Below, in pieces: positions 1 through 8,012 of a stretch of DNA of 32,000 nucleotides. Every line of letters starts with the position of its first letter. Positions within the stretch are counted from its first letter, which is position 1. The notes beneath the pieces were generated by a model. The model worked only from the letters and a program-made list of their open reading frames with translations, was not told where the DNA came from and made no database searches. Origin of the DNA: Thermofilum adornatum (GTDB lineage Archaea > Thermoproteota > Thermoprotei > Thermofilales > Thermofilaceae); contig NC_022093.1 in NCBI RefSeq assembly GCF_000446015.1, positions 30,001 through 62,000 on the forward strand, in the 5' to 3' direction. A program made the translations under genes and the position numbers.

Positions 1-651
1 GTCGTTGTCAGGGTAAAAGGTTCAGACGCCTGTTTTGACTATCCGCCATATTACTCGTCCGTCATTATCGAGACGCCTAACGAGGAGTATCTACTCGTGG
101 ACGTGTTTGAGGGTGTTGTTACGCGGATAAGGAGCAAGGAGAAGCTTTTCTCCGCTCTTGCCGATTTCATCCGAGAGGAAGCGGACTCCATAGAAGACTT
201 GAATCCATATGGAAAACTCTCTGCCGCGGAACATCTATGTTGCGAGGAACTCGGTCGCAAGCTCATGGAAGAATGCATAGCTAGGCGCTGTAAGGGGATG
301 GACAAGGACAACCCTAGATATCTGGACTGTGAAGACGAGTGTTTTGAAGAAGTTGAGAATAACGAGGAGTATCAGGACTGCATTATGGGTGGGGGTGACC
401 CGTCCTGTTGTGACGAGATACAGGACGAGGATCTTAGGGAAGAATGCAAATTAGCATGGGAGAGGGCTGAGGGCGTCCTAGAACGGCTGGGAGTAATGGA
501 GTCGCTTGTAGAAGACCTTGAGAAGGGGCAAGTATCTTTCGAGATCATTGATGCAAGGAGGTATAAGGAGGGGGACTGCTACAGGTATAAGGTCTGTCCC
601 TTCGAGTGTGCAGATGAACGTGGCGGCTGCGTTTTTCTTTCTATAGGATAG
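1..651 (+). CDS. Cysteine-rich, strongly acidic hypothetical protein (5' end probably outside the window)
   Basis: Frame 1 is open from base 1 (VVVRVKGSDACFDYPPYY...) into the listed 97..651 ORF, whose first codon is GTG, so the true start is probably upstream of the window. The 184 listed residues contain 14 Cys, including two CC pairs, within D/E-rich runs (CEDECFEEVENNEEYQDC, PSCCDEIQDEDLREEC). No family recognised. Confidence 0.5.
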   Translation, partial: VVVRVKGSDACFDYPPYYSSVIIETPNEEYLLVDVFEGVVTRIRSKEKLFSALADFIREEADSIEDLNPYGKLSAAEHLCCEELGRKLMEECIARRCKGMDKDNPRYLDCEDECFEEVENNEEYQDCIMGGGDPSCCDEIQDEDLREECKLAWERAEGVLERLGVMESLVEDLEKGQVSFEIIDARRYKEGDCYRYKVCPFECADERGGCVFLSIG

Positions 652-719
652 GCCACTCTCTATTTTTCTTCGTAGGTAGAATGGTAACACTTTTTAGACT
701 TAAATTGTTTCATTTATTC

Positions 720-1202
720 ATGCCCCTAAAACTGATAATTTTAGACCTGGATGGGACGCTCTGGTCCCACAAGGACATCTCTTCAACTCGTCCCCCCTTC
801 ATTAGGATAGATGATGAGACGCTCGTGGATTCAGCCAACAATTTTGTAAGGCTGGATCCCTGTGCTAGGAGGCTTCTAGAGTCAGCCAAGAAGAAGGGGG
901 TTCTGCTTGCCATAGCTAGCTGGAACAATCCGGACATAGCGTTGCAGGCTCTTAGAGTTCTGGGGCTAGACGGTTTCTTTGACTTTCCAGTCGTGGAGCC
1001 TCACCCGGGAAAGGACAGGATGGTCGAGAAGATCCTCGCGAGGCTGGGGGTAGCAGAGGAGGACGCGGTTTTTGTTGACGACACAGAATACATGGTGGAC
1101 CTAGTTAGGGCGAGGTTTCCACGGATGAGTGTCTACAGGGTTGGTGGAGACATACGCGACTTGTGCGAGCTCATAGATAGGCTGGGCTTGTCAGATGCGT
1201 GA
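720..1202 (+). CDS. HAD-superfamily phosphatase, magnesium-dependent phosphatase-1 (MDP-1)-like
   Basis: HAD motif I is DLDGTLW (LIILDLDGTLWSH). It is followed by a ...PPF... segment, motif II-like LAIASWN, a conserved GK (HPGKDRM) and motif IV FVDD. This layout matches my recollection of the MDP-1 family. I prefer the ATG at 720 (MPLKLIILDLDG); an in-frame ATG at 681 is the alternative. Confidence 0.8.
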   Translation: MPLKLIILDLDGTLWSHKDISSTRPPFIRIDDETLVDSANNFVRLDPCARRLLESAKKKGVLLAIASWNNPDIALQALRVLGLDGFFDFPVVEPHPGKDRMVEKILARLGVAEEDAVFVDDTEYMVDLVRARFPRMSVYRVGGDIRDLCELIDRLGLSDA

Positions 1203-1243
1203 GCTGGCCTCGTTCTATTCGTAGCTAGAGATTCGATAGGATT

Positions 1244-1657
1244 TTAGCTTATGAGGATGGTTTCTATGCCTAGATTAGTTGCTACTCTTGCCTGAGCAGC
1301 GTCGCTTGTCAATAGTTTGCCGTATTTTTCTGCCTGTGCTATGTACAAGGAGTCATAAACTGTCAGACCGTGTTGTAGGGCGATATGTAGGGCCCTCGGG
1401 AGATATATACGTTCCTCCTCGAGGACTATTACGCGGGTCTCCGCTAGTCTCCCTACAAGGCTGTAGAGCTCGTGGGCGAGGCTCGCCGGCATCATTTTCC
1501 TGAGGTAGGCATGTTTCCAGAGAGCATTAGCGACTTCTTTTAAAACGTGGTCTACAGAGTATAGCGGGGAAACGTGCCTAAGGGTCTCTGAGACTTTTTC
1601 CCAGCCCTCCTCATGCAAAACATACTTAACCAAGAGCGAGGCGTCAATTACTGTCAC
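1244..1657 (-). CDS. vapC: PIN-domain ribonuclease, VapC-type toxin
   Basis: 137 aa. The N-terminal VIDAS motif carries the first acidic PIN residue, and the length and helical pattern fit. It has a GTG start and overlaps the upstream small antitoxin-like gene by 14 nt. Confidence 0.85.
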   Translation of the reverse strand: MTVIDASLLVKYVLHEEGWEKVSETLRHVSPLYSVDHVLKEVANALWKHAYLRKMMPASLAHELYSLVGRLAETRVIVLEEERIYLPRALHIALQHGLTVYDSLYIAQAEKYGKLLTSDAAQARVATNLGIETILIS

Positions 1658-1871
1658 GGTCCTCCCTCACATAACTGGCAGCCGTGCCCCTGGGGACGGT
1701 GGGTAGCTGGTTTATGAGCTCCTCAAGCCTTGACAGAGTATTTTCCCTCTCTGCCTCGAGTATCTTGTTTTCGATGAATCTTCTTATCTCCTCGCTCCAG
1801 TTTATCTTGTCTCGGTACTTCTGCATTTTTTCCTTGAGCTCTCTGGGAACCCTTACCGATACAACGCTCAT
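1644..1871 (-). CDS. vapB: VapB-type antitoxin (ribbon-helix-helix-like N-terminus)
   Basis: I prefer the internal ATG at 1871: MSVVSVRVPRELKEKMQKYRDKINWSEEIRRFIE. The beta-strand then helix pattern is typical of RHH/CopG-like archaeal antitoxins. The gene is about 75 aa and overlaps vapC. The 29 extra N-terminal codons of the listed ORF look non-coding. Confidence 0.7.
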   Translation of the reverse strand: MSVVSVRVPRELKEKMQKYRDKINWSEEIRRFIENKILEAERENTLSRLEELINQLPTVPRGTAASYVREDRDSN

Positions 1872-1977
1872 TGCCGTCGTGTAATAAATGTTTGTCTTAC
1901 ATTTAAGTATTACGAGCCTGTATGCAAGAGGGGGGCTAATAGTTAAATTGGTTTCCATCTTTTATAGAGGGGTAACC

Positions 1978-3096
1978 ATGCAGGAGCCCGTGCGTGTCGA
2001 CATAATAGTTACCTGTAAACTTGGGTTTGAACGCGTAGTTGCTTCACTCATAAAAGAGCTCTGCCCAGAATGTAGGGCCGTCCCTTCGCCAATGGGGTAC
2101 ATGGGCCTCGTCCTGGTAGAGGCACCCACACAAAACATAGAGGTGCTCGCGAACAATATAAGGGAAAAAGTTCCAGAGGCAGAAAAAGTCTTCAAAGTGG
2201 ATGCCGAGTGCAACGCTAGGCTTCAAGAGCTGGGTGAATGCGTGAAGCCCCTGGCTAGCGGGATAAGTAGCGACGAGAGCTTCGCCGTCAGGACTGTTAG
2301 GCGCGGGAAGCACGACTACACAAGCCTAGATGTAAACGCGTACATCGGCTCTGTCATAAAGGAGGCTACAGGTGCACGTGTAGACCTCGAGAACCCCGAC
2401 AAGGTTGTCCTCATACAGATCCTGCAGGACAAGGCCTATGTCTCCATTGTGCCTGGCTCCGAGTTCTACAGGAAGATGGCCCCCACAAAGTTCCCGATGT
2501 ACAAGCTATATAGGCGAATGGTCGTGACCCACGAGCCCTACCTTGGCCCGCCGGACGCCTCGTATGTGATGGGCACGAGGATTGGCAGGGAGATACAGTG
2601 CTTCGAGGTTGGAAAACTCGTTGTCGCACCAGTTGGGGCAGTCGAGGCAGAGGCTCTACAGCGTTTCCTCAGGGGGGTCATCGATGGCCAGAAGTCTAGG
2701 CTCGGCATCCAGAAAAAGAGCTATGGAAGGGAGGTCCACCGGACAGAGATACTTGTACAGGACATGTACCAGTTCGTGAGGTCTTGGCACGGGAAGCCCC
2801 TAATAATCTTTGAGCCGGAGGGAGAGCCTGTCTCTAGGGTCGGCGGTGAGCTGGCCGACTTTATCATCGAGAAGGTCTTCAGGGAGAAAAAAGAGCTCGG
2901 CGTGATGGTTGGCGCAAGGGAGGGAATCCCATCTGGGCTTTTTAGGTATGCCGACTTCGTTCTAGACGTGGCCCCCGGAGTAGTCATCTCGACCGACCTC
3001 GCCCTGACATCTGGACTCATAGCTATCGGCACGGCTGTCCACGACAAGCTCTTGGGGCTAGACCTCTCGGACGGGGTGGAAAAACTTGCCGAGTAG
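1978..3096 (+). CDS. THUMP-domain RNA-binding protein fused to a SPOUT (SpoU/TrmD-like) methyltransferase-like domain
   Basis: Start taken at the ATG at 1978 (MQEPVRVDIIV). The THUMP signature is FAVRTVRRGKHDYTSLDVNAYIGSVIKEATGARVDLENPDKVVLIQILQDKAYVSIV. The C-terminal half resembles SPOUT motifs: MVVTHEPYLGPPDASYVMGTRIGREIQCFEVGKLVVA, then GVMVGAREGIPSGLFRYADFVLDV...ISTDLALTSGLIAIGTAV. The SPOUT assignment rests on motif resemblance only. Confidence 0.6.
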   Translation: MQEPVRVDIIVTCKLGFERVVASLIKELCPECRAVPSPMGYMGLVLVEAPTQNIEVLANNIREKVPEAEKVFKVDAECNARLQELGECVKPLASGISSDESFAVRTVRRGKHDYTSLDVNAYIGSVIKEATGARVDLENPDKVVLIQILQDKAYVSIVPGSEFYRKMAPTKFPMYKLYRRMVVTHEPYLGPPDASYVMGTRIGREIQCFEVGKLVVAPVGAVEAEALQRFLRGVIDGQKSRLGIQKKSYGREVHRTEILVQDMYQFVRSWHGKPLIIFEPEGEPVSRVGGELADFIIEKVFREKKELGVMVGAREGIPSGLFRYADFVLDVAPGVVISTDLALTSGLIAIGTAVHDKLLGLDLSDGVEKLAE

Positions 3097-3286
3097 GATT
3101 GGTAAAAGGGACCCAGAAGGCTACTATGTCGTCGTTGCTAGGCGAGGCATAGAGCCTTTCCTCGAGGGCATCGGAGACATAAGGATAGAAACGCTGGGAG
3201 ACAAGGTAGTCATTAGGACAAGATCCCGAAACACAGCCCTCAGAATCCTAGAGATAGCCGAGAAGAAGGGGCTATCCTACACCTGA
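3086..3286 (+). CDS. Small hypothetical protein (66 aa), possibly translationally coupled to the upstream gene
   Basis: TTG start overlapping the last 11 nt of the THUMP/SPOUT gene. The composition looks protein-like (YYVVVARRGIEPFLEGIGDIRIETLGDKVVIRTRSRNTALRILEIAEKKGL). No family recognised. Confidence 0.4.
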   Translation: MPSRIGKRDPEGYYVVVARRGIEPFLEGIGDIRIETLGDKVVIRTRSRNTALRILEIAEKKGLSYT

Positions 3287-3372
3287 GACATAGACAACAC
3301 GTGCAACTCTCCTTAACATGCTTATGTGCGGGACCAGTAGCCACCGATCCTCTACCAGCCCACTCCAGAACC

Positions 3373-3612
3373 ATGGTGACAATAGCGTGCACAGAGGGAG
3401 TCCCGAGGAACCCGCTTGAGAGGCTTGACCTGCTGGACGAGTGCCTATGGGTTGCTCCCCGGGTAGAGCCGTTGGTGGTTTCCTTGGAGGAGTTTTTCAA
3501 GTTTTGGAAGAGGAACCCAGCGATAATTGACGCGATGCAAAGCGGTGTCGTCCTTCTCGACAATATTGGCTTAAAAGATTATTTATCGAAGATGAGGAGA
3601 GCTAGTTTCTAA
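3373..3612 (+). CDS. Degenerate minimal nucleotidyltransferase (MNT)-like ORF
   Basis: From the ATG at 3373: MVTIACTEGVPRNPLERLDLLDE...VEPLVVSLEEFFKF...SGVVLLDN. This follows the MNT layout (LFGSxARG-x9-SDxDLLVV ... vDvvv.t.eEf ... G..LyD), but GS is replaced by CT and the first Asp of DxD by Arg. The 3' end overlaps the GH3 gene convergently by 11 nt. A GTG at 3301 is the alternative start. Confidence 0.35.
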   Translation: MVTIACTEGVPRNPLERLDLLDECLWVAPRVEPLVVSLEEFFKFWKRNPAIIDAMQSGVVLLDNIGLKDYLSKMRRASF

Positions 3613-5701
3613 AGGTTTTTTCCTCGTGAATCTTGAACTCGCCTTCTAGGTGTATTCTCCGCGAAGAAGAGCCGACCATGATCTTGTAGGTTCCCTTTTC
3701 GAGGACCCATTCTTTGCCGTTGAAGCTTGCCATGTCCTTATAGCCAATAGTGAGGACTATGTCTTCGTGTTCTCCGGGCTGGAGGAGCCTTGTCTTCTTG
3801 AAGGCTTTTAGCTCTTTTTGTGGCTTGTCGATTTTTCCCTTTGGAGGCTTCACGTAGACTTGTGCGACTTCTTTTCCTGGCATTTTCCCGGTGTTTGTGA
3901 CCCTGAACTTGACTTTTACCTGTTCGCTGTCCTGCTCGATGGATAGGTCGCTGTAGGAGAAGGTTGTATAGCTGAGGCCGTAGCCGAACTCGTAGGCGGG
4001 CTCTTTGCCGAATGTGTCATAGTACCTGTACCCAACGTATATGTCCTCCTCGTATGTCACGCTCTTTGGACTGCCGGCTGGCTCGCCGCCGAACGTCCAT
4101 GAGGGGACGTCTCCCAGTGTCTTGGGGAAGGTTGTTGGGAGTTTGCCAGAAGGATTGACAAGGCCGAGGAGGGTGTCTATTATGGCTCTGCCTGCTTCTT
4201 GTCCTGGTTGCCATGCCAGGAGGATTGCGTCTACTTTTTCCCGCCAGGAAGCCACATCGATTGGTGTGCCGATGTTTAGTATGGCTACGACTGGTTTCCC
4301 GATTTTTCTGTATGCTTCCGAGACTGTGTCTATGAGCCATTTCTCGTCGTCCCTTAGGTAGAAGTCTTCTGGTGCAAGGTCCCATCCTTCACCTGAAACC
4401 CTTGTAACGACTATTACTGCCAAGTCGTTCCTCTGGGCAGTCGCGTAGATGTCTGCCTCGCCTACGACGTCCTCGGATATGCTTGGCTTGTCGGGCTCGT
4501 CCCTGTAGAAGATTTCGAGCTCCTCCTTGTATGTGGAAACTGCCTCTGCATACTTCTTGGCCAGTTCTTCGTCTATGGCTAGAGACCTCTCCCGTGCGGC
4601 ATCTAGGATCGTCGAAACGTATGGTGGATGTGTGTGCCCGCTCCCCATTCCGCCCTTGACTGTCAGGATCTGGCCGACGCCGAAGAATGCTATTTTCTTG
4701 CCTCTGTCTATGGGTAGGGCGCCCTCATTCTTGAGGAGAACCATGCCCTCGACTGCGGCCTCGTATGCTATCTTTGCATGTGCCTCTAGGTCAGGCTTCC
4801 CGGGAGTAGACTTGTAGCCGGCAGAGCCGAGGAGCTTCGAGAGGACCCTTGTGACGGCTCTGTCTATGGTTTCTATTGGTATTTTGCCTTCCCTCACTGC
4901 TTTCAATACTTGTTCGAGTTTGTCTTGTCCCCCTGGCATGATGACGTCGTTGCCCGCATTTATCTGTCTCACAACGTCTTCCCCGGCGCCCCAGTCCGTC
5001 ATTACGAAGCCGTCGAAGCCCCACTCTTCCCGTAAGACCGTGGTCAAAAGCCACTCGTTCTCTGAGCAGTGAACGCCGTTAAGCTTGTTGTATGCGCTCA
5101 TGACTGACCAGGGCTTAGCTTCCTTGACAGCTATCTCGAAGGGCTTGAGGTATATTTCACGCAGAGCCCTCTCAGATACAAAGGTGTCGAGGCCCCATCT
5201 CCCTGTCTCCTGCTCGTTGCCGACAAAGTGCTTTATACAGGCGCCTATACCTGCAGACTGGACTCCCCTTACGTATGCGGAAGCAATTTTTCCAGATAGC
5301 AACGGGTCCTCCGAGAAATACTCGAAGTTCCTGCCGCCCAGTGGATGCCTGTGAATATTCAACGCTGGAGCGAGCAAGACATCTACGCCGCAACTCCTAG
5401 CCTCTTCGCCCATAGCCTTTCCAACCTGTTCGACGAGCTCCGGGTTCCATGTCGAGGCAAGCATCACTTCTACGGGGAAAGCTGTAGCTCTGCAAGCCGG
5501 GTTTTCGATCCTTACTCCTGCGGGTCCATCTGCAAGGACGAAGCCTGGAATGTTGAGCCTCTCTATTGGATGGGTTTGTCCAGCTGCTCCTGGGACCCTT
5601 GCGAGTTGCGAGCTCGTTGTATCACCTATCCCCACGAGAATTTTGACCTTTTCTTCGATGCTCAGCTTTGACAATAATTCTTCAATTATTTGTTGACTCA
5701 T
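3602..5701 (-). CDS. Glycoside hydrolase family 3 beta-glucosidase (cytoplasmic, with C-terminal Fn3-like domain)
   Basis: 699 aa. GH3 hallmarks: KHFVGNEQE, SAYNKLNG...CSENEWLLTTVLREEWGFDGFVMTDW (nucleophile Asp in the MTDW context) and SGEGWD in the second domain. There is a C-terminal beta-sandwich tail and no signal peptide. Confidence 0.92.
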   Translation of the reverse strand: MSQQIIEELLSKLSIEEKVKILVGIGDTTSSQLARVPGAAGQTHPIERLNIPGFVLADGPAGVRIENPACRATAFPVEVMLASTWNPELVEQVGKAMGEEARSCGVDVLLAPALNIHRHPLGGRNFEYFSEDPLLSGKIASAYVRGVQSAGIGACIKHFVGNEQETGRWGLDTFVSERALREIYLKPFEIAVKEAKPWSVMSAYNKLNGVHCSENEWLLTTVLREEWGFDGFVMTDWGAGEDVVRQINAGNDVIMPGGQDKLEQVLKAVREGKIPIETIDRAVTRVLSKLLGSAGYKSTPGKPDLEAHAKIAYEAAVEGMVLLKNEGALPIDRGKKIAFFGVGQILTVKGGMGSGHTHPPYVSTILDAARERSLAIDEELAKKYAEAVSTYKEELEIFYRDEPDKPSISEDVVGEADIYATAQRNDLAVIVVTRVSGEGWDLAPEDFYLRDDEKWLIDTVSEAYRKIGKPVVAILNIGTPIDVASWREKVDAILLAWQPGQEAGRAIIDTLLGLVNPSGKLPTTFPKTLGDVPSWTFGGEPAGSPKSVTYEEDIYVGYRYYDTFGKEPAYEFGYGLSYTTFSYSDLSIEQDSEQVKVKFRVTNTGKMPGKEVAQVYVKPPKGKIDKPQKELKAFKKTRLLQPGEHEDIVLTIGYKDMASFNGKEWVLEKGTYKIMVGSSSRRIHLEGEFKIHEEKTFRN

Positions 5702-5770
5702 TAATGAACATACGGAAATGGATGGCTAAAAACCTATCTAGAATTAAAATCATGTGGGAAAAAGGAGAGA

Positions 5771-5800
5771 GGAAAAATAAAAAAAAGAGAAAAAATTATT
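5771..5800 (-). terminator. Oligo-T termination tract downstream of the coiled-coil protein gene
   Basis: The plus strand reads ggaaaaataaaaaaaagagaaaaaattatt. On the minus strand this gives T5, T8 and T6 runs starting about 12 nt after the TAA at 5812-5814. Archaeal RNAP terminates at oligo-T. Confidence 0.45.
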
Positions 5801-5811
5801 TACAGGGTTCT

Positions 5812-6933
5812 TTAGGGTCCTCTGCCTCCACCACGCATCTGGCGAGCCCTTTCACCGATGTCCTGGGTCTGCCTTGCTAACTCTCCTGGATTGTTCTTAG
5901 CCATCTCTGGGGCCTTTTCTGCAAGGTTTATGGCTTCCTGGACGAGTTCTCTAAGCTGGAGTGCCAGCTGTTTATGTGTTCCTTTAGCCCTTTCCTGTAT
6001 TCTTGCCAAGAGCTGTTCTAGTAGCTGGAGCCTGTTTCTCTGCCTTTCTAGTCCGGGAACGTTCCTTGTAACGTTTAGGAGCGTGTCTGCTGTCTTGTTT
6101 AGCAGGTATTCTTCAAACTTTCTTGCCCTCAAGGCCCTCATAACCTCGCCTACACTCGTCTCATTGACGTCTAGACCATGTCTTCTCATTTCCGCTATGG
6201 TCCTCATCGCACCTGCCCTGGCTAGCTCAGAGGTAGCTTGTCCAATGAGCTTCCTCGCCTCTGCAAGGCGGTGAGCAGACTCGTTTAAGAGACAGTTGGA
6301 TGCAAGGCTCTGGGCCTCTAGTAGCAACTGTCTAGCCTGGTTTAAGAGACGTGTAGCATTAGAGGTGTCGTACCCGCTACTCGCGGCCCTAGATGCAATG
6401 CTCTCTAGCTCATTGACGCGCTGAAGGGAGACATTAATGGCGACATATTGCGGGTAAAAGTCTGGAGACCACTTGCATGTCTCGTTTCTAACCCTATTCC
6501 TGTAGAGGTTTGCCGTCAGATTTGCCTGCTGTGGAGCCAATACTGCCCTGCATGAGGCAAAGGATGTTCCAAGCGTGTCTCTGAGTTTTTCCTGCAGGTC
6601 TAGTGCTTGACCATAGGTTCTTAGTGCTAGTACTGCGTATTGCATTGCCTGTGTAGCGTTGCCGAGGTTCAGGTACTGCTTTGCCTTGGCGAGGTAATTG
6701 TCGCCCGTTGCTGTAAGATTCACTATTTGTGTGAAAAGCTGACTGTTCTGGGAGAGATTTTGGAGCACCTGGTTGCGGCAGTATACGAGTTGCTGTAGTC
6801 TCTCTGCTGATGCTATAAGGCTTTCCGCTGGCGTTGTCACTTGTGGTGCACTGTATATGTATGCCATGGTAGCCAATAGGACTATGGCTATTATTCCCAA
6901 CGTTATTTTCTTGGAGTCAACCATGTCCATCAA
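5812..6933 (-). CDS. N-terminally membrane-anchored, all-helical/coiled-coil exported glycoprotein (hypothetical)
   Basis: Signal anchor KKITLGIIAIVLLATMAYIYS, then about 340 aa of heptad-like helical sequence. It has 11 N-x-S/T sequons (manual count), 4 Cys and a basic Gly-rich tail (RQMRGGGRGP). The listed start is TTG at 6933; an ATG follows at 6930. Confidence 0.7.
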   Translation of the reverse strand: MMDMVDSKKITLGIIAIVLLATMAYIYSAPQVTTPAESLIASAERLQQLVYCRNQVLQNLSQNSQLFTQIVNLTATGDNYLAKAKQYLNLGNATQAMQYAVLALRTYGQALDLQEKLRDTLGTSFASCRAVLAPQQANLTANLYRNRVRNETCKWSPDFYPQYVAINVSLQRVNELESIASRAASSGYDTSNATRLLNQARQLLLEAQSLASNCLLNESAHRLAEARKLIGQATSELARAGAMRTIAEMRRHGLDVNETSVGEVMRALRARKFEEYLLNKTADTLLNVTRNVPGLERQRNRLQLLEQLLARIQERAKGTHKQLALQLRELVQEAINLAEKAPEMAKNNPGELARQTQDIGERARQMRGGGRGP

Positions 6934-7012
6934 TTGACTTGTTTTTGTGGATAAACTTAAGGAATGCTGTGGAAATTAGCCTGAAAATTTAGAAATATTC
7001 TTTTCACTTTCT

Positions 7013-7930
7013 TCATTCCAGTAATTCTACGTAGTTTCTCCCCGCCTTTTTCTCTATCTTTACGTACCCAAGCTCTGCGAGCTTCTTGACCCTCCTCCAG
7101 AGAGTAGTGGGAGGCAAATTAACAGCCTTCTGTAGCTCTCCCTGGAACATGGCCCCTCCTGCTTTCCTCAAGGCATCGAGAATTGCCAAGTCTTCTTCGC
7201 CTAGCTCTACGAGCTCACTTTTCCTTTTACCCCTCAAAGCCAGGAAAACAGCAAGTGCGACAAATATAGCGGCGAGGACAACGAGGTAGGGCAAGAGTAG
7301 CCATAGTACTTCAAATAGTCCCTTAGAGGTCCCAGTCTCTTGTTTTGTGGGCGAGGCAGGAGGCTGTGTCCCTTGGGGAGGGAGAGAAGTTGCAGGCTGG
7401 TATAGTATGACGTATTTTAGCTGTAGGCTTCCTGCGGGATATTCTATTGCCAAGTTTCTTCCTATGGAGTAGATCTTCGTGGGGAGGGGGTTCATGTCGA
7501 CTGGTGTCGCGTTTACTGGCAAAACGACTTTGAGCGGGTAGGGAGAATTCACGCTTATTATCCAGAAGATTCCAGATTTGCTTGTCAAGTCTTGTGTATA
7601 GTAGGAGACGTATACTTGGCTCGAGTTAAGTGTAGCCACTGTCAAGTATCTGCCTGTTTGGTCAGTGTCGAAGGCGAGTGGGAGGCCCTTTTCGTCTACA
7701 ACTGTTACACCTAGGGTAGGGTCAGGCGTCCCGAGCAACTGAATTGTCACGGAGAGGTTTCCTTCAGTTGGAACTAAATATTCGACTTTTGCTATTCCAG
7801 CCTCGCTCAGGGTTATTGTGACTTGTGGCTGGGCAAGAGAGCTACGAGACAGGGAAATGAATGTTAGAATTAGGAAAATGATTATAAGGATGTGTACATG
7901 CCTAGGTGTATCGCGAAGCTTGCCAAGCAT
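7013..7930 (-). CDS. Membrane-tethered winged-helix transcription regulator with an extracellular beta-rich domain
   Basis: Signal peptide (HILIIIFLILTFISLSRSSLAQP), a beta-rich region of about 170 aa, a P/T/Q linker (PPQGTQPPASPTKQETGTS), a TM helix (LLLPYLVVLAAIFVALAVFLAL), the stop-transfer RGKRK, then a wHTH: EDLAILDALRKAGGAMFQGELQKAVNLPPTTLWRRVKKLAELGYVKIEKKAGRNYVELLE. Confidence 0.75.
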   Translation of the reverse strand: MLGKLRDTPRHVHILIIIFLILTFISLSRSSLAQPQVTITLSEAGIAKVEYLVPTEGNLSVTIQLLGTPDPTLGVTVVDEKGLPLAFDTDQTGRYLTVATLNSSQVYVSYYTQDLTSKSGIFWIISVNSPYPLKVVLPVNATPVDMNPLPTKIYSIGRNLAIEYPAGSLQLKYVILYQPATSLPPQGTQPPASPTKQETGTSKGLFEVLWLLLPYLVVLAAIFVALAVFLALRGKRKSELVELGEEDLAILDALRKAGGAMFQGELQKAVNLPPTTLWRRVKKLAELGYVKIEKKAGRNYVELLE

Positions 7931-8012
7931 GTTTGTATTTCAGTTAACTTATCCTAATAAAGATTTTTTTCCTTTAACACATAAGTATAAATATTGTCTA
8001 ATATGATGTTTC
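7931..8012. promoter_or_regulatory. Divergent promoter region with back-to-back TATA-like boxes
   Basis: ctttattagg (minus-strand reading of 7953-7962) lies 23-32 nt upstream of the ATG at 7930. agtataaatatt (7984-7995) lies 18-35 nt upstream of the GTG at 8013 / ATG at 8019. The whole interval is AT-rich. Confidence 0.45.

Noticed and set aside
1872-1977. N-terminal extensions of the listed ORFs 1644..1958(-) and 1888..3096(+), which would overlap each other
   Set aside because: The extensions translate to implausible sequence (METNLTISPPLAYRLVILKCKTNIYYTTA; MFVLHLSITSLYARGGLIVKLVSIFYRGVT). Internal ATGs at 1871 and 1978 give proteins that begin exactly at the conserved domain cores. The interval is better read as a divergent promoter.
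4017-5671. Series of 70-120-aa ORFs on both strands inside 3602..5701 (e.g. 4017..4385, 4041..4361, 4527..4817, 5345..5671)
   Set aside because: All overlap the GH3 gene in other frames. Their Arg/Ser/Pro-rich or low-complexity translations are typical of off-frame reading of a moderately GC-rich gene.
5668-5880. 70-aa Lys-rich plus-strand ORF (…KGERKNKKKRKNY…)
   Set aside because: The Lys run is simply the A-rich complement of the oligo-T terminator. The ORF overlaps the ends of two well-supported minus-strand genes.
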